Origin: an uncultured Candidatus Binatia bacterium
GTDB taxonomy: Bacteria > Desulfobacterota > Binatia > UBA9968 > CAXXLF01
NCBI GenBank assembly: GCA_965218425.1
Contig: OZ244621.1
Coordinates: 2,880,001-2,944,000 of the forward strand
Length of the DNA: 64,000 bases
Reading direction: 5' to 3'
Position numbers and translations under genes: made by a program. This document shows, piece by piece, positions 51,741 through 62,335 of the stretch; the first letter of the stretch is position 1, and the number at the start of each line of letters is the position of its first letter. The notes beneath the pieces are model-generated. The model was not told the DNA's origin, searched no databases, and saw only the letters and a program-made list of their open reading frames with translations.

Positions 51741-53294
51741 CTACTTAAGGTCCGAACTTTCGCGAAATTTCGAAATCAATTCGTCGCCCGGGTAGCAGCT
51801 ATTGATCTTTCCAGAAGATGTGTGGACTCGTAGCTGAAGCGTGTGGAGGTCGCTACCCTTGTAACGCCTTATTGAGAACCGCATAATATAGTAACATTGG
51901 ATAAGAACTTAATGTATAGTGGTGGTATGGGAAACCCACTTGGAGTGCGACGGGACTTTGAAGCATTGGAGCGGCGGTGGATGGAGGCGGGGAGGCTGTT
52001 GAAGCGAGGGCTGTCGGAGGCGGAGGTGGCGCGTTGGGTGGGAGTGCACCGCCAGTCGGTGAATCGATGGGCGCGGCAGTTGGCCGAGAGCGGCAGAGCC
52101 GGGCTCAAGCAGGCGGGGCGTGCCGGACGCAAGCCGCGACTGAGCCCGGCGGATCTGAAGAAGATCGAGGGCGGTTTGAAACGGGGACCCGAAGCGCTGG
52201 GGTACGACACGAGCCTGTGGACCGCAAGGCGAGTGGCCCACTTGATTGGGGAAGCCTGCGGAGTCACATACCATCCGGGCCATGTTTGGCGGATATTGCG
52301 GCAGTTGGGGTGGAGTTGCCAGCGGCCGACGGGACGTGCCTTGGAACGAGATGAAGAGGCGATCCGGCAGTGGAAGAAGAAGCGCTGGCCGGAGATTAAA
52401 AAAAAGCCCGAAACGAGGGGCGAACCATAGTGTTCGTGGACGAAAGCGGGCTGAGCGAGCGGCCGAATCGGTATCGTACGTGGTCGCCCCGAGGACAGAC
52501 GCCAGTGCTGCAATATCACTTCAACTGGAAGAGTCTGTCGGCCATCGCCGGAGTCACCTGGTGGCGCTTGTACTTTCGAGTGTATCCGGGAGCCATCAAG
52601 AGCCCCCAGATCATCGAATTCCTGAAGCACTTGATGCGTCATGTTTCCGGGCCGCTGCTGGTAGTGTGGGACGGACTGCCCAGCCACCGGAGCCGGTTGG
52701 TTCGGGACTTTGTTGCCGCTACCGAAGGCGCGTTGGTGCTGGAACGGTTGCCGGCCTATGCACCGGAACTGAATCCCGTCGAATACCTCTGGGGATACTG
52801 GAAGCATCATGAACTGCCCAACTTCTGTGCCAAGGACTTCGCTCAACTCAGCCACCATGCTCGTCGCGCCCTTTGCCGAATGCGCCGCAGGCCTCGTCTC
52901 GTTACCGCCTTCTGGAAACAGTCCAGCCTTTTCTGATGTCATTATATTATACGAGGATCAATAGGTAGTCAGTGAAGAGCTTGTCTTGAATAACCCATGC
53001 AACTAAGGACGTGTGCCCAGGCAGAATTTCAACTGGTGGTTCACCGTTCTTTGGCTGAAGTGGGCAGTCAAGAAAAATTTGGTGATTTCTCCCTCTGCCG
53101 ATAGACCAGTCCATTGCCCTGACGACGACGGGATATCTGCCCTCATTTAGAACTCTGATCCGCGTCCGCGATTCTTCAACGTCAACCCGAGCTTTGAGTC
53201 TTGGACGATTCCGGTAATCGGTCACGCAAGAAACCAGCTTGTTTAGGCAAGAAACCAGCCATGGAAAAAACTCGGTGAGCCCCATCCCGCCCAA
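51741..53294 (-). pseudogene. Hypothetical protein interrupted by IS630
   Basis: Removing the IS and one TA restores the frame: ...KLFTDYL-RRYKGSDLHTLQLRVHTSSGKINSCYPGDELISKFRESSDLK*. Confidence 0.7.
51870..52963 (+). mobile_element. IS630-family element (ORFs 51897..52430 and 52430..52936, frameshift at an A-run)
   Basis: IRs TATTGAGAACCGCATAATATAGTAACAT / TATTGATCCTCGTATAATATAATGACAT (rc), TA duplication; FVDESG, WDGLPSH and PAYAPELNPVE motifs. Confidence 0.93.
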
Positions 53295-53495
53295 ACTATC
53301 AGACTGGTTGTAAACGGTCCATCGTCACCAGCCCGGTCGGGCGTAGGGTTCAACCCGCCCACACGCAGTCCAACTCCAGATAACGCTGCCCCCGCGCCTC
53401 GGTGATCCCTCCCCGGCACCGCGGAGCCCGATCACCGAATACTACACCCCACCGTCGGCTCGATCGCCGCCGTGCACCCGTTACCGGCGCACACT

Positions 53496-53708
53496 TCAAC
53501 CATCGTCTACCATCAGCCCCGCCAGTGCCGCGGCTTTCGCTAGATCCATGCCGCCGCCCACCATGCTTTGAAACGCCCGCGCCCGACCGGACAGATCCGA
53601 CGCGCGGAGCTCGTGCCAATCGAGAGTCACTTCGGTTTCTAACTTTCGGGTGAGCTCGTCGGAGACAATGCGACCCAGCCGTGAGACGCAATCGAATAAA
53701 GAGCTCAA
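53496..53708 (-). pseudogene. Possible phage portal-like protein C-terminal fragment
   Basis: LGRIVSDELTRKLE...SDLSGRARAFQSMVGGGMD; recognised from memory only. Confidence 0.45.
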
Positions 53709-53858
53709 ATCTTTTGTTGACGGATAACATCTTCCGGATATTCCAGCCGTCTCCGAAATCTTCTATCCGCCCCACGCTTTAAGTGAATCCCGTGGCGCGC
53801 CCGGCCCGCCGCACCGTAACTCCTCACTCCAAACTCCCTGAAATGGGGGTCGGGCAAC

Positions 53859-54019
53859 ATGAAAAAGGGGTCAAGCTCCAGCAGGGTGGCGGTTGTAACA
53901 GCCATCAAACCTGAAAGGAGAAGACCCCCATGCCTTACGTCGGGTTAGACTGTCACAAACGATACGGCCAGGTATATGCCATCGACGAGGCGGTGGTCGG
54001 CGCGGCGGATCAAAAATAA
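53859..54019 (+). mobile_element. IS110-family left end with a truncated transposase N-terminus
   Basis: RBS GAAAGGAG, then MPYVGLDCHKRYGQVYAIDEA from 53930 (first Asp motif of the DEDD domain); stop after 29 codons. Confidence 0.7.
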
Positions 54020-54526
54020 TTGAGAATGGCCTGGAAAATTCGAGAAATTCCGGGGCGAACCGACCCGGAAATCGCCCATGCAAAGCCGCTGAAAGGGCCG
54101 TGCATCGACCGCGCTCGATGCTGGCAATACCCGAGCAGCGTGCCGACGTGCGGCAGGTTCTCGCCCGACATGACCGCTTAGTTGGCTAACGTGTAGCGGA
54201 GGTCATGGAGCCAAAGAGCGCCAAGGCTGGCGTGATCGACCGTGCGCAAGGCGCTTGGGGTGGTGCGGCCGGCGCCGTCGTGCCCGATGTTGTCAGATGC
54301 ACACTTCACGCAGTAGTTCGTTCACTGTCACTGATGAACCGGCGGCGGTCCACGGCGGTATCCCCGATGAAGGTTCGCCGCAGCTCTCCCTTGCCGCTCG
54401 CAAAGCATCACGGTATCTTGAGGGGAGCACGATGAGCACACGGAGCCGGGAACAATTGGACTTTGTCGATTCAAGTGAACATGCCGGACGCCGTCCCGGA
54501 CACGATGCGCCCGCGCAACCCATGCC

Positions 54527-57379
54527 ATGACGCCGGGTGAGTTCATCGCCAAGTGGCGGGCATCGGAACTGAAGGAGCGCTCGGCGTCACAGGAGCACTT
54601 CATCGACCTGTGCCGGCTGTTGGGCGAGCCGACGCCGGCCGAAGCCGACCCGACCGGCGAGCATTACTGCTTCGAGCGCGGCTCACGTAAGGATGGCGGC
54701 GGCGACGGCTGGGCCGACGTGTGGAAGCGGCACTGCTTCGCCTGGGAGTACAAGGGCAAGCACGCGGACCTTGACGCTGCCTTCAACCAGTTGCGGCAAT
54801 ACGCGCTTGCACTGGAGAACCCGCCGTTGCTGATTGTCTCGGACATGGTTCGGTTCCGCATCCGCACCAACTGGACCAACAGCGTCAGCCGGACCCACGA
54901 GTTCGACTTGGCCGATCTTGCGGATGCGGCCACCCGCGACAGGCTCAAGTGGGCGATGTCCGACCCCGAGCGCCTGCGCCCCGGCGAGAGCCGGCAGGCG
55001 CTGACCGAACGCGCGGCGGCGGCCTTCGCATTGCTGGCGCAGTCGTTGCGGGAGCACGGCCACGAGCCGCAGGCAGTGGCGCATTTCGTGAACCGTCTGG
55101 TGTTCTGCATGTTCGTCGAGGATGTGGGCCTGCTGCCCGGCAACATGTTCACCCGGATGCTGGAACAAGGGCGAAAGCGGCCCGGGGACTTCGCCGTCAT
55201 GGCGCGGGATCTGTTCGGGGCGATGTCCACCGGAGGCCGGATCGGGTTCGAGGCGGTGGCGTGGTTCAACGGCGGGCTGTTCGACGACGACACCGCCTTG
55301 CCGCTGGACAAGGCGGAGATCGAGACAACGCTCAAGGCGGCGGCGCTCGACTGGTCGGAGATCGATCCTTCGATCCTGGGCACGCTGTTCGAGCGCGGGC
55401 TCGACCCGGACAAGCGCTCGCAGCTTGGGGCGCACTACACCGACCGGGACAAGATCATGCGGATCATCGAGCCCGTGATCATCCGTCCCTGGCTCGCCGA
55501 ATGGGAGAAGACAAAGGCCGAGGTCGCCGCGGTCCTTGAACGGGCGGATGCGGCCAAACCGAAGGCGGCGGCGACTCGACAGCGGGGGCAGGCGGAACGG
55601 CTACTGCGTGTTTTCCTCGAACGGCTGCGGAAGTTCACCGTGCTCGACCCCGCCTGCGGCTCGGGGAACTTCCTCTATCTGTCGCTGCACGCGCTCAAGG
55701 ACCTGGAGCACCGGGTACAGTTGGAGGCCGAGGCGATGGGCCTCGAACGGGCTTTCCCGGCGGTCGGTCCGGCCAACGTCAAGGGGATCGAGGTCAATGC
55801 CTATGCGGCGGAATTGGCCCGCGTATCGGTCTGGATCGGCGATATACAATGGATGCGTCGAAACGGGTTCAACGAATCGCGCGATCCGATCCTCAAGCCG
55901 CTTGACACCATCGAATGCCGCGACGCGATCCTGACACCGGAGGCTGGCGAGCCGGAGTGGCCGGAGGCCGATGTAGTGATCGGGAACCCGCCGTTTCTCG
56001 GCGGCAAGCTCCTGATTGCCAACCTTGGCGAGGACTACGTTTCGAGCATTTTCACGGTGTATGAGGGCCGCGTGCCTGCGGAAGCCGATCTCGTCTGCTA
56101 CTGGTTCGTGAAGGCCGGTAAACATATAGGATCAAACAAGGCGAAACGGGTCGGGCTTGTAGCAACCAATTCCATTCGCGGTGGCGCTAACCGGCGGGCG
56201 CTGCAAGCCGCGACCGAGGGGCGGCGGATCTTCGAGGCATTGAGCGACGAGCCGTGGGTGATCGACGGGGCGGCAGTGCGGGTGTCGTTGATCTGCTTCT
56301 CGCACGCCGCCGCCGAATCCGTGTCCGGCGCTCGGCTCGACGACGAGTCCGTCGACGAGATCTACGCGGACCTGACGGCGCGGAGCGGCGGCACCGGCTT
56401 CGATCTGACGGGCGTCCGGCGTCTTGCGGAGAACGCCAGCGTGGCTTTCATGGGCGACACGAAGGGTGGTCCCTTCGATGTTGCGGGCGATCGGGCGCGC
56501 GGGTGGCTCCGTCTGCCGGCGAACCCGAACGGCCGGACCAACGCCGACGTTCTGAAGCCGTGGGTGAACGGTATGGACCTCACCCGGCGGCCGGCAGGGA
56601 AGTGGATCGTCGACTTTGGGTTGAAGATGTCAGTCGGCGACGGGGCGCTCTACGAAGAGCCGTTCCGGTGGGTGAAGGAACACGTCCGGTCAACATGGGA
56701 CAAGCAACGTGTAGCCGAGAGACGTGATCAGTGGTGGTTGCACCATCGGCCACGGCCGAACATGTGGGCGGCGCTCGGCAAGCTGTTGCGCTTCATCGCC
56801 ACGCCGACAGTGGCAAAGCACCGACTGTTCGCCTGGCTCGACGCCCGCATCTGTCCGGATCATCAACTGATCGTCATCGCGCGCGACGACGACACGACCT
56901 TCGGCATCCTGCACAGCCGCTTCCACGAAGCGTGGTCGCTCAGGCTCGGCACCAGCTTGGAAGATCGCCCGCGTTACACGCCGACCACTACCTTCGAGAC
57001 CTTCCCTTTCCCGGAAGGGCTGTCGCCCGACATTCCCGCCGCCGACTATGCAAACGACCCGCATGCTAGGGCCATCGCCGAGGCCGCGCGGAGGCTTGTC
57101 GAACTGCGCGACCGCTGGCTCAACCCGCCTGAATGGGTGGAATGGGTAGACGAGCCGGTCCCCGGCTATCCCATGCGTCCTGTCGCCCGCGACCAAGCGG
57201 CCGCGAAGGAACTCAAGAAACGCACCTTGACCAATCTTTACAACGCCCGTCCGCAATGGCTCACCGACGCCCACGTGAACCTCGACGCTGCCGTCGCGGC
57301 AGCCTATGGATGGGATGCCGGGATTTCAGAGGATGAAGCCCTGAAGAAACTGTTAGAATTGAACCACCAGAGAAAATGA
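54527..57379 (+). CDS. MmeI-like type IIG restriction-modification enzyme / N6-adenine methyltransferase
   Basis: N-terminal GWADVWK...EYK nuclease-like motif; GAHYT, LDPACGSGNFL, GNPPF and C-terminal LDAAVAAAYGW. Confidence 0.9.
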   Translation: MTPGEFIAKWRASELKERSASQEHFIDLCRLLGEPTPAEADPTGEHYCFERGSRKDGGGDGWADVWKRHCFAWEYKGKHADLDAAFNQLRQYALALENPPLLIVSDMVRFRIRTNWTNSVSRTHEFDLADLADAATRDRLKWAMSDPERLRPGESRQALTERAAAAFALLAQSLREHGHEPQAVAHFVNRLVFCMFVEDVGLLPGNMFTRMLEQGRKRPGDFAVMARDLFGAMSTGGRIGFEAVAWFNGGLFDDDTALPLDKAEIETTLKAAALDWSEIDPSILGTLFERGLDPDKRSQLGAHYTDRDKIMRIIEPVIIRPWLAEWEKTKAEVAAVLERADAAKPKAAATRQRGQAERLLRVFLERLRKFTVLDPACGSGNFLYLSLHALKDLEHRVQLEAEAMGLERAFPAVGPANVKGIEVNAYAAELARVSVWIGDIQWMRRNGFNESRDPILKPLDTIECRDAILTPEAGEPEWPEADVVIGNPPFLGGKLLIANLGEDYVSSIFTVYEGRVPAEADLVCYWFVKAGKHIGSNKAKRVGLVATNSIRGGANRRALQAATEGRRIFEALSDEPWVIDGAAVRVSLICFSHAAAESVSGARLDDESVDEIYADLTARSGGTGFDLTGVRRLAENASVAFMGDTKGGPFDVAGDRARGWLRLPANPNGRTNADVLKPWVNGMDLTRRPAGKWIVDFGLKMSVGDGALYEEPFRWVKEHVRSTWDKQRVAERRDQWWLHHRPRPNMWAALGKLLRFIATPTVAKHRLFAWLDARICPDHQLIVIARDDDTTFGILHSRFHEAWSLRLGTSLEDRPRYTPTTTFETFPFPEGLSPDIPAADYANDPHARAIAEAARRLVELRDRWLNPPEWVEWVDEPVPGYPMRPVARDQAAAKELKKRTLTNLYNARPQWLTDAHVNLDAAVAAAYGWDAGISEDEALKKLLELNHQRK

Positions 57380-57396
57380 CGTTCTGAGCCACCGCA

Positions 57397-58212
57397 ATGA
57401 AGAGAATTGGTTTAATTCCACTAAGTAGGTTGAATAATATCCCCGACAAAATCCGGGCACTTCATGAACTTTGCTTTTTCTTGCACGATGAGTGCGCACG
57501 TTCTCTGGTCGAATATGAAAACGCCGACGCTCAATTGGAGACGATAAAATTTCGAGACCAAGCGGAATTAACGAGATTCGAAGAACTATCCAATGATACC
57601 GATACGATTGAGGCTTTGCGTGAACTTGGATATCTTAACGCCTCCAAAAAGGTTGTTCTAAATACGATTTCTATGGCAATGATCTCTGATTGCCTGCATC
57701 ATGTGTATGAAGCACTCCGATGCTTTGAGAAACGAAAATGTGTAGTGGGATTCAATTTGTTGCGAAAACCTCTGACAGAGAGCTTGCTTTATTTGTCATG
57801 GATGCATGGAAGACGGGATGAATTTTACATCCAATTCACAAAGGGTGATCCCGAAATTCTTTCGTTAAGTAAGCTTGGGGAAAAACGCAAAGAGATTTAC
57901 TCAGAGGCGGTAAAAAATCTCGAACATCACCATTTGTTTGACCCGGATTCCATAGAATATACGATCAACAGCAGGAGAAATGAAAATGGGTTTCAAAAAT
58001 ATTTTCAGCATGCAGTTCATTTGGTAACGACGTGGAATGCTGAACTTCGAACATCCGCAGAGAACTTTAATTTTATATTCAAGAATCCACTTGATGATGA
58101 CATTTATGATTTGATTTATCAAAATTTGCCATATCTTCTATTGTTCATGTCTCATGTGATTATCGATATTTTTGATCGAATGAATAAAATGGATGCTGAC
58201 CTTGCCCCCTAA
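57397..58212 (+). pseudogene. AT-rich hypothetical protein, C-terminally truncated by IS3
   Basis: 271-codon ORF 17 bp after the IIG gene; the last codons and stop come from the IS end at 58197. Confidence 0.7.
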
Positions 58213-59464
58213 AACGAGTCCAGGTGAAATGTTAGGGATTTTGATTTTAGGAAGGAGGCAAGGATGGCAAGAAAGCGATTTACGGCCGAGCAGATTATCC
58301 TCAAGCTGCGTGAGGCGGAGGTGAGCTTGGCCCAAGGGAAGGCGGTGGGCCAGGTGTGCAAGCAGGTGGGGGTAACCGTGCAGACCTACTACCGGTGGAG
58401 GAAGGAATATGGAGGCCTGAAGATGGATCAGGCCAAGAGGCTCAAGGCCTTGGACAAGGAGAATGCGCGGTTGAAGAAGCTGGTGGCGGATCTATCGCTG
58501 GACAACCAGATCCTGAAGGAAGTGTCCTCGGGAAACTTCTAGGCCCGGCGAAGAGGAGACGAGCGGTGATATGGGCCAGAGAAAGATTGGGACCTGATCG
58601 AGTCTCCGAACGCCGGGCTTGCCAAGTGTTGGGACAGCCGCGATCGACGCAACGAAGAGTCCGAGAGATCCCGGAAGAGGAAGCAAGACTAGTGGCTCGG
58701 ATGATGGAGCTGGCCAGCGAATACGGGCGATACGGCTACCGGAGGATTACGGCCATGCTGCGTGGGGAGGGGTGGAAGGTCAACCACAAGCGAGTGGAGA
58801 GGCTCTGGAGGCAGGAAGGGCTGAAAGTCCTCAGCCGTCAGCCTAAGCGAGGGAGGCTCCGGTTGACTGATGGCTCCTGCATTCGCCTGAGACCGGCGCA
58901 TCGAAACCATGTGTGGAGTTATGACTTCGTGCACGAGCGAACCGAAGACGGTCGGGCCTTTCGGCTGTTGAGCATCGTGGATGAATACACCCGGGAGTGC
59001 TTGGCGATTGATGTGGCCAGACGGATGAATCACCGGGATGTGCTGGAACGGTTAGCGGAGCTATTCGTGGAACGGGGCGTGCCGCAGTCCCTTCGGTCCG
59101 ACAATGGCCCCGAGTTTACGGCTCAGGCTATCCGGGACTGGCTCAAGGCCATTGGTGTCAGGACACTCTACATCGAGCCTGGCAGTCCTTGGGAGAATGG
59201 CTACGTGGAGAGTTTTAACGGAAAACTCAGGGATGAGCTGCTCAACAGGGAGGTGTTTGAAACCCTGAGGGAAGCTCAGGTGCTGATCGAAAGATGGAGA
59301 AGAGAGTATAACCAGCGGCGGCCTCACAGCGCCCTGGGCTATCGTTCTCCGGCACCGGAGGCCTTTCTGCCCAGAGCGCAGGCTGGGAATTCATCCCCAT
59401 GGGCTGGACTCCAGATAATTCCGGCTCTAACTTAAAGGGTGGTACCACTCCTGGGGGCAGGTCA
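58197..59464 (+). mobile_element. IS3-family element (OrfA 58264..58542; OrfB to 59435)
   Basis: IRs TGACCTTGCCCCC / TGACCTGCCCCC (rc); GGGAAAC slippery site; WSYDFV, SDNGPEF and [17 protein letters not shown] motifs. No target duplication. Confidence 0.93.
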
Positions 59465-59613
59465 CCCTGAACAACTAGTATGCTTATTAATATGACAGGA
59501 ATTTCAAATACCCTCCCCATATCCCTATCCCGTTTCTATGTCAACGACATCACGAAAAGTCCAAAAGCGTGCAATTCCGAAAAATATTTTAGGGTTCGAG
59601 ATAAGGAGAAAGT

Positions 59614-60678
59614 ATGGCAAATACGGGTCCATCTCAAGACTTGCATGTAAACCGGCCGAAGAGCCCGTACCGCCAACGACTGGATCAGGAAGGGGTGCCG
59701 GTTCACACGGGTTACTTTATCGAAGATCTTCGTGCCCTCGATGTTAAGCCGTGGCCTCGGATGGGGGCTCTCGGAGCATACGTCCTCCTGGAAGGCACCG
59801 AAGAACGGGATGATGCCTATGTGCTGGAGATTCCTCCAGGCCAAAGTACGAAACCTGAACGACATCTTTATGAGGAGCTCATCTATGTCTTGAGCGGACA
59901 GGGGGCAACGACGGTATGGGCGGAGGGGGAGAAGAAACAGACCCTCGAGTGGCATGCCGGGACGCTTTTCAGCCCGCCCCTCAATACTTGGCATCAGCAT
60001 TTCAGCGGGAGTGGCAGCGAGCCGGCGCGGTTCGTTGCGGTTACCACGGCCCCTGTGATGATCAACCTCCTGCGCGACCCCGACTTCATATTCAACAACA
60101 ACCATGTTTTCCGGGACCGCTACGCCGGGGAGCAAAATTACTTCGACGGTGTGGGTCAATCCATCGGCACCCGATTGTGGGAGACGAACCTTGTGCCCGA
60201 CGTGGCAAGCTTTAAATTGCAGGAATATAAAGAGAGAGGCAAGGGCAATTCCTACATGAGGTTCGAGATGTCGAACAATTCAATGATAGCCCACGTGTCC
60301 GAGTTTCCCGTGGGATCCTACAAGAAGGCCCACCGCCATACCGCCGGAGCCCACGTGATCATCGTCGGCGGCCGGGGTTATTCTTTGATGTGGCCTGAGG
60401 GAACCGAGCCCAAAAAATTTGATTGGCACGAGGGAAGTGTGATTGTTCCCCCCGAACGATGGTTTCATCAGCACTTTAACACGGGAACGACGCCGGCTCG
60501 TTACCTTGCACTTCGTTGGGGAAGCGTAAAGAACCCCATCATTACTCAGAGCACCCGGGATGTGGAAAGAATCAGAAAAGAAGATCAGATTGAATACGAG
60601 GATCAAGATCCAAAAATTCAACAGCTGTTCGAGACGCAGTGCGCCAGGTTCGGAGCTCAAGTCGCCATGAGGATATAG
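59614..60678 (+). CDS. Bicupin-domain protein
   Basis: ERHLYEE...WHQHF and YKKAHRH...WFHQHFN motifs; RBS AAGGAG. Confidence 0.82.
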   Translation: MANTGPSQDLHVNRPKSPYRQRLDQEGVPVHTGYFIEDLRALDVKPWPRMGALGAYVLLEGTEERDDAYVLEIPPGQSTKPERHLYEELIYVLSGQGATTVWAEGEKKQTLEWHAGTLFSPPLNTWHQHFSGSGSEPARFVAVTTAPVMINLLRDPDFIFNNNHVFRDRYAGEQNYFDGVGQSIGTRLWETNLVPDVASFKLQEYKERGKGNSYMRFEMSNNSMIAHVSEFPVGSYKKAHRHTAGAHVIIVGGRGYSLMWPEGTEPKKFDWHEGSVIVPPERWFHQHFNTGTTPARYLALRWGSVKNPIITQSTRDVERIRKEDQIEYEDQDPKIQQLFETQCARFGAQVAMRI

Positions 60679-60744
60679 CAGCTGTCATTGTAGGACCTAC
60701 ACTGCATTCGCCAAACCGGTTAAAGCAGTGGCAAGGAACTGTTT

Positions 60745-61767
60745 ATGGCGCCAATCATCATTTTGCTTTTGCGGCCGGCCGCAGGCCAACCATCGGCTGT
60801 GGATCAGTCACTGGGTTCACGGCTTGCCGCCATGGACGGAGGATTGTCCGGCTCCCTGGTCCTTGCGGAGGATTCGTTTCGTGACGGTGATTTGAGCGAT
60901 CTGGAAAGGAGTTTGAAACGCTGGGTGGGAAAGGTGTCCGGCGTCGTGGGATCCACGGGAGTTGCTGAATCCACCAAGCTCGGTCAGCTTGCGGAGCAAC
61001 TGGATCTTCTCTGCTTTGTCGCCAACAATAATCCTACGGTGTGGGAAGGGCGGAGTCATGTTTTTCATATCGGTGTTCCCACCCCGCTAACCACGCATTC
61101 GGTTGCCGAGAATCTAGTGCGGAACCTGGGGGCCAGGAGGGTCTATCTTCTCCATGATGATACGGAGTTTCAAAGCCTCGTGGCGGCCAGGAGCGAAAAA
61201 TTTCTGAGGGAGGCGAAGGCGGAAGTCCGTTCCTTCTCCGGCGGGCAGAAGGGCTGGGCGGAGGATGTGAGATCATGGGCGCCCGATGCGCTTTACCTGA
61301 TATATTCCGATGAGGGCCTGGCGGTTCCAATGATTCGAAGTCTGCGCGCTGTCTCGAAGGATCTCCCGATTCTATTAGGGAGGTCGTTAATCCGTCAGTC
61401 TTTTCTCTCCTCACTGGGGGAATCCGCCGAGGGGCTGCTCATGGTGGATCTTTTCTCGCGGGGGTCTCCTCGCAATGAACTGGAAGAAAGGTTTGCGAGG
61501 GCTTTATCCAGCACGGGTTCTCATCTTCCAACCGCGAATCACGGGTTCGGCTGGGATGCCATGAGCCTCTGCGGACGTGCACTGGTGGAGGCCAAGGGGG
61601 GTCCGAAATCCGCGATTCGCCACCTGGAATCGGGTGTTCTGCTGGAGGGAGTTACGGGAAAGTACCGATTTAGTTCGGACAATCATAATGGGCGGGGCGA
61701 CTTCAATCCCACGACCTTGAGTCAGATACGAAATGGGCTGGTGAAATCGTACTCGATGGGAAAATGA
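60745..61767 (+). CDS. Branched-chain amino acid-type ABC substrate-binding protein
   Basis: VYLLHDDTEF, GWDAM and LEGVTGKYRFSSDNHNG motifs; no clear signal peptide, start uncertain. Confidence 0.7.
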   Translation: MAPIIILLLRPAAGQPSAVDQSLGSRLAAMDGGLSGSLVLAEDSFRDGDLSDLERSLKRWVGKVSGVVGSTGVAESTKLGQLAEQLDLLCFVANNNPTVWEGRSHVFHIGVPTPLTTHSVAENLVRNLGARRVYLLHDDTEFQSLVAARSEKFLREAKAEVRSFSGGQKGWAEDVRSWAPDALYLIYSDEGLAVPMIRSLRAVSKDLPILLGRSLIRQSFLSSLGESAEGLLMVDLFSRGSPRNELEERFARALSSTGSHLPTANHGFGWDAMSLCGRALVEAKGGPKSAIRHLESGVLLEGVTGKYRFSSDNHNGRGDFNPTTLSQIRNGLVKSYSMGK

Positions 61768-62335
61768 TCGCAATCCTACTGTGTTGGGTGTGATGCTTCG
61801 ACGCTTTACCGTTATCTCATGTGCTTTGCGCTGCAAATTTACGCTACGGTGTTTGTCATTGGAGTTGCCACTTAAAAGTGAATGTTTGTCTCTCTTTTGA
61901 CAAACGCCGTCTCCAGCTACGCCACTTGCGCCGCCGCGCCAGACGCATGGCGGGAAGCCCACGCAGCCTGCGATCGGACAAAAATCGGCCCAAAATCGGC
62001 CGTTTTTTCCGGGCCTTTTTAATCGGCAAAACGTGAAGAGACAGGTTGCAATGAGACAGAGTCGCCGTTGCCGCACAAGCATGAATATGGCGCTAATGGC
62101 GATATGGAGGGCAATGTGCCAAGCGGGAATCGAGGGAATGACGCTCCCTGGTGCATATGTATTGCCTGCCCCAGCCGTCATTGAAGGTCCTTTGGCCTTT
62201 ACCCTCATTGTAGAGGAAAGTCGGTGCCATTTTGATATTGGGAGAAGCGGCTACGGGGTGTGAGACTGACACATTAGTCACATAGCCATACCCGTGCAAG
62301 GCCAGACCGATTCGAAAGCGAGTGGGATGGTGGAA

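Noticed and set aside
51869..52942. 357-aa minus-strand ORF
   Set aside because: Antisense shadow of the IS630 transposase, with no independent motifs.
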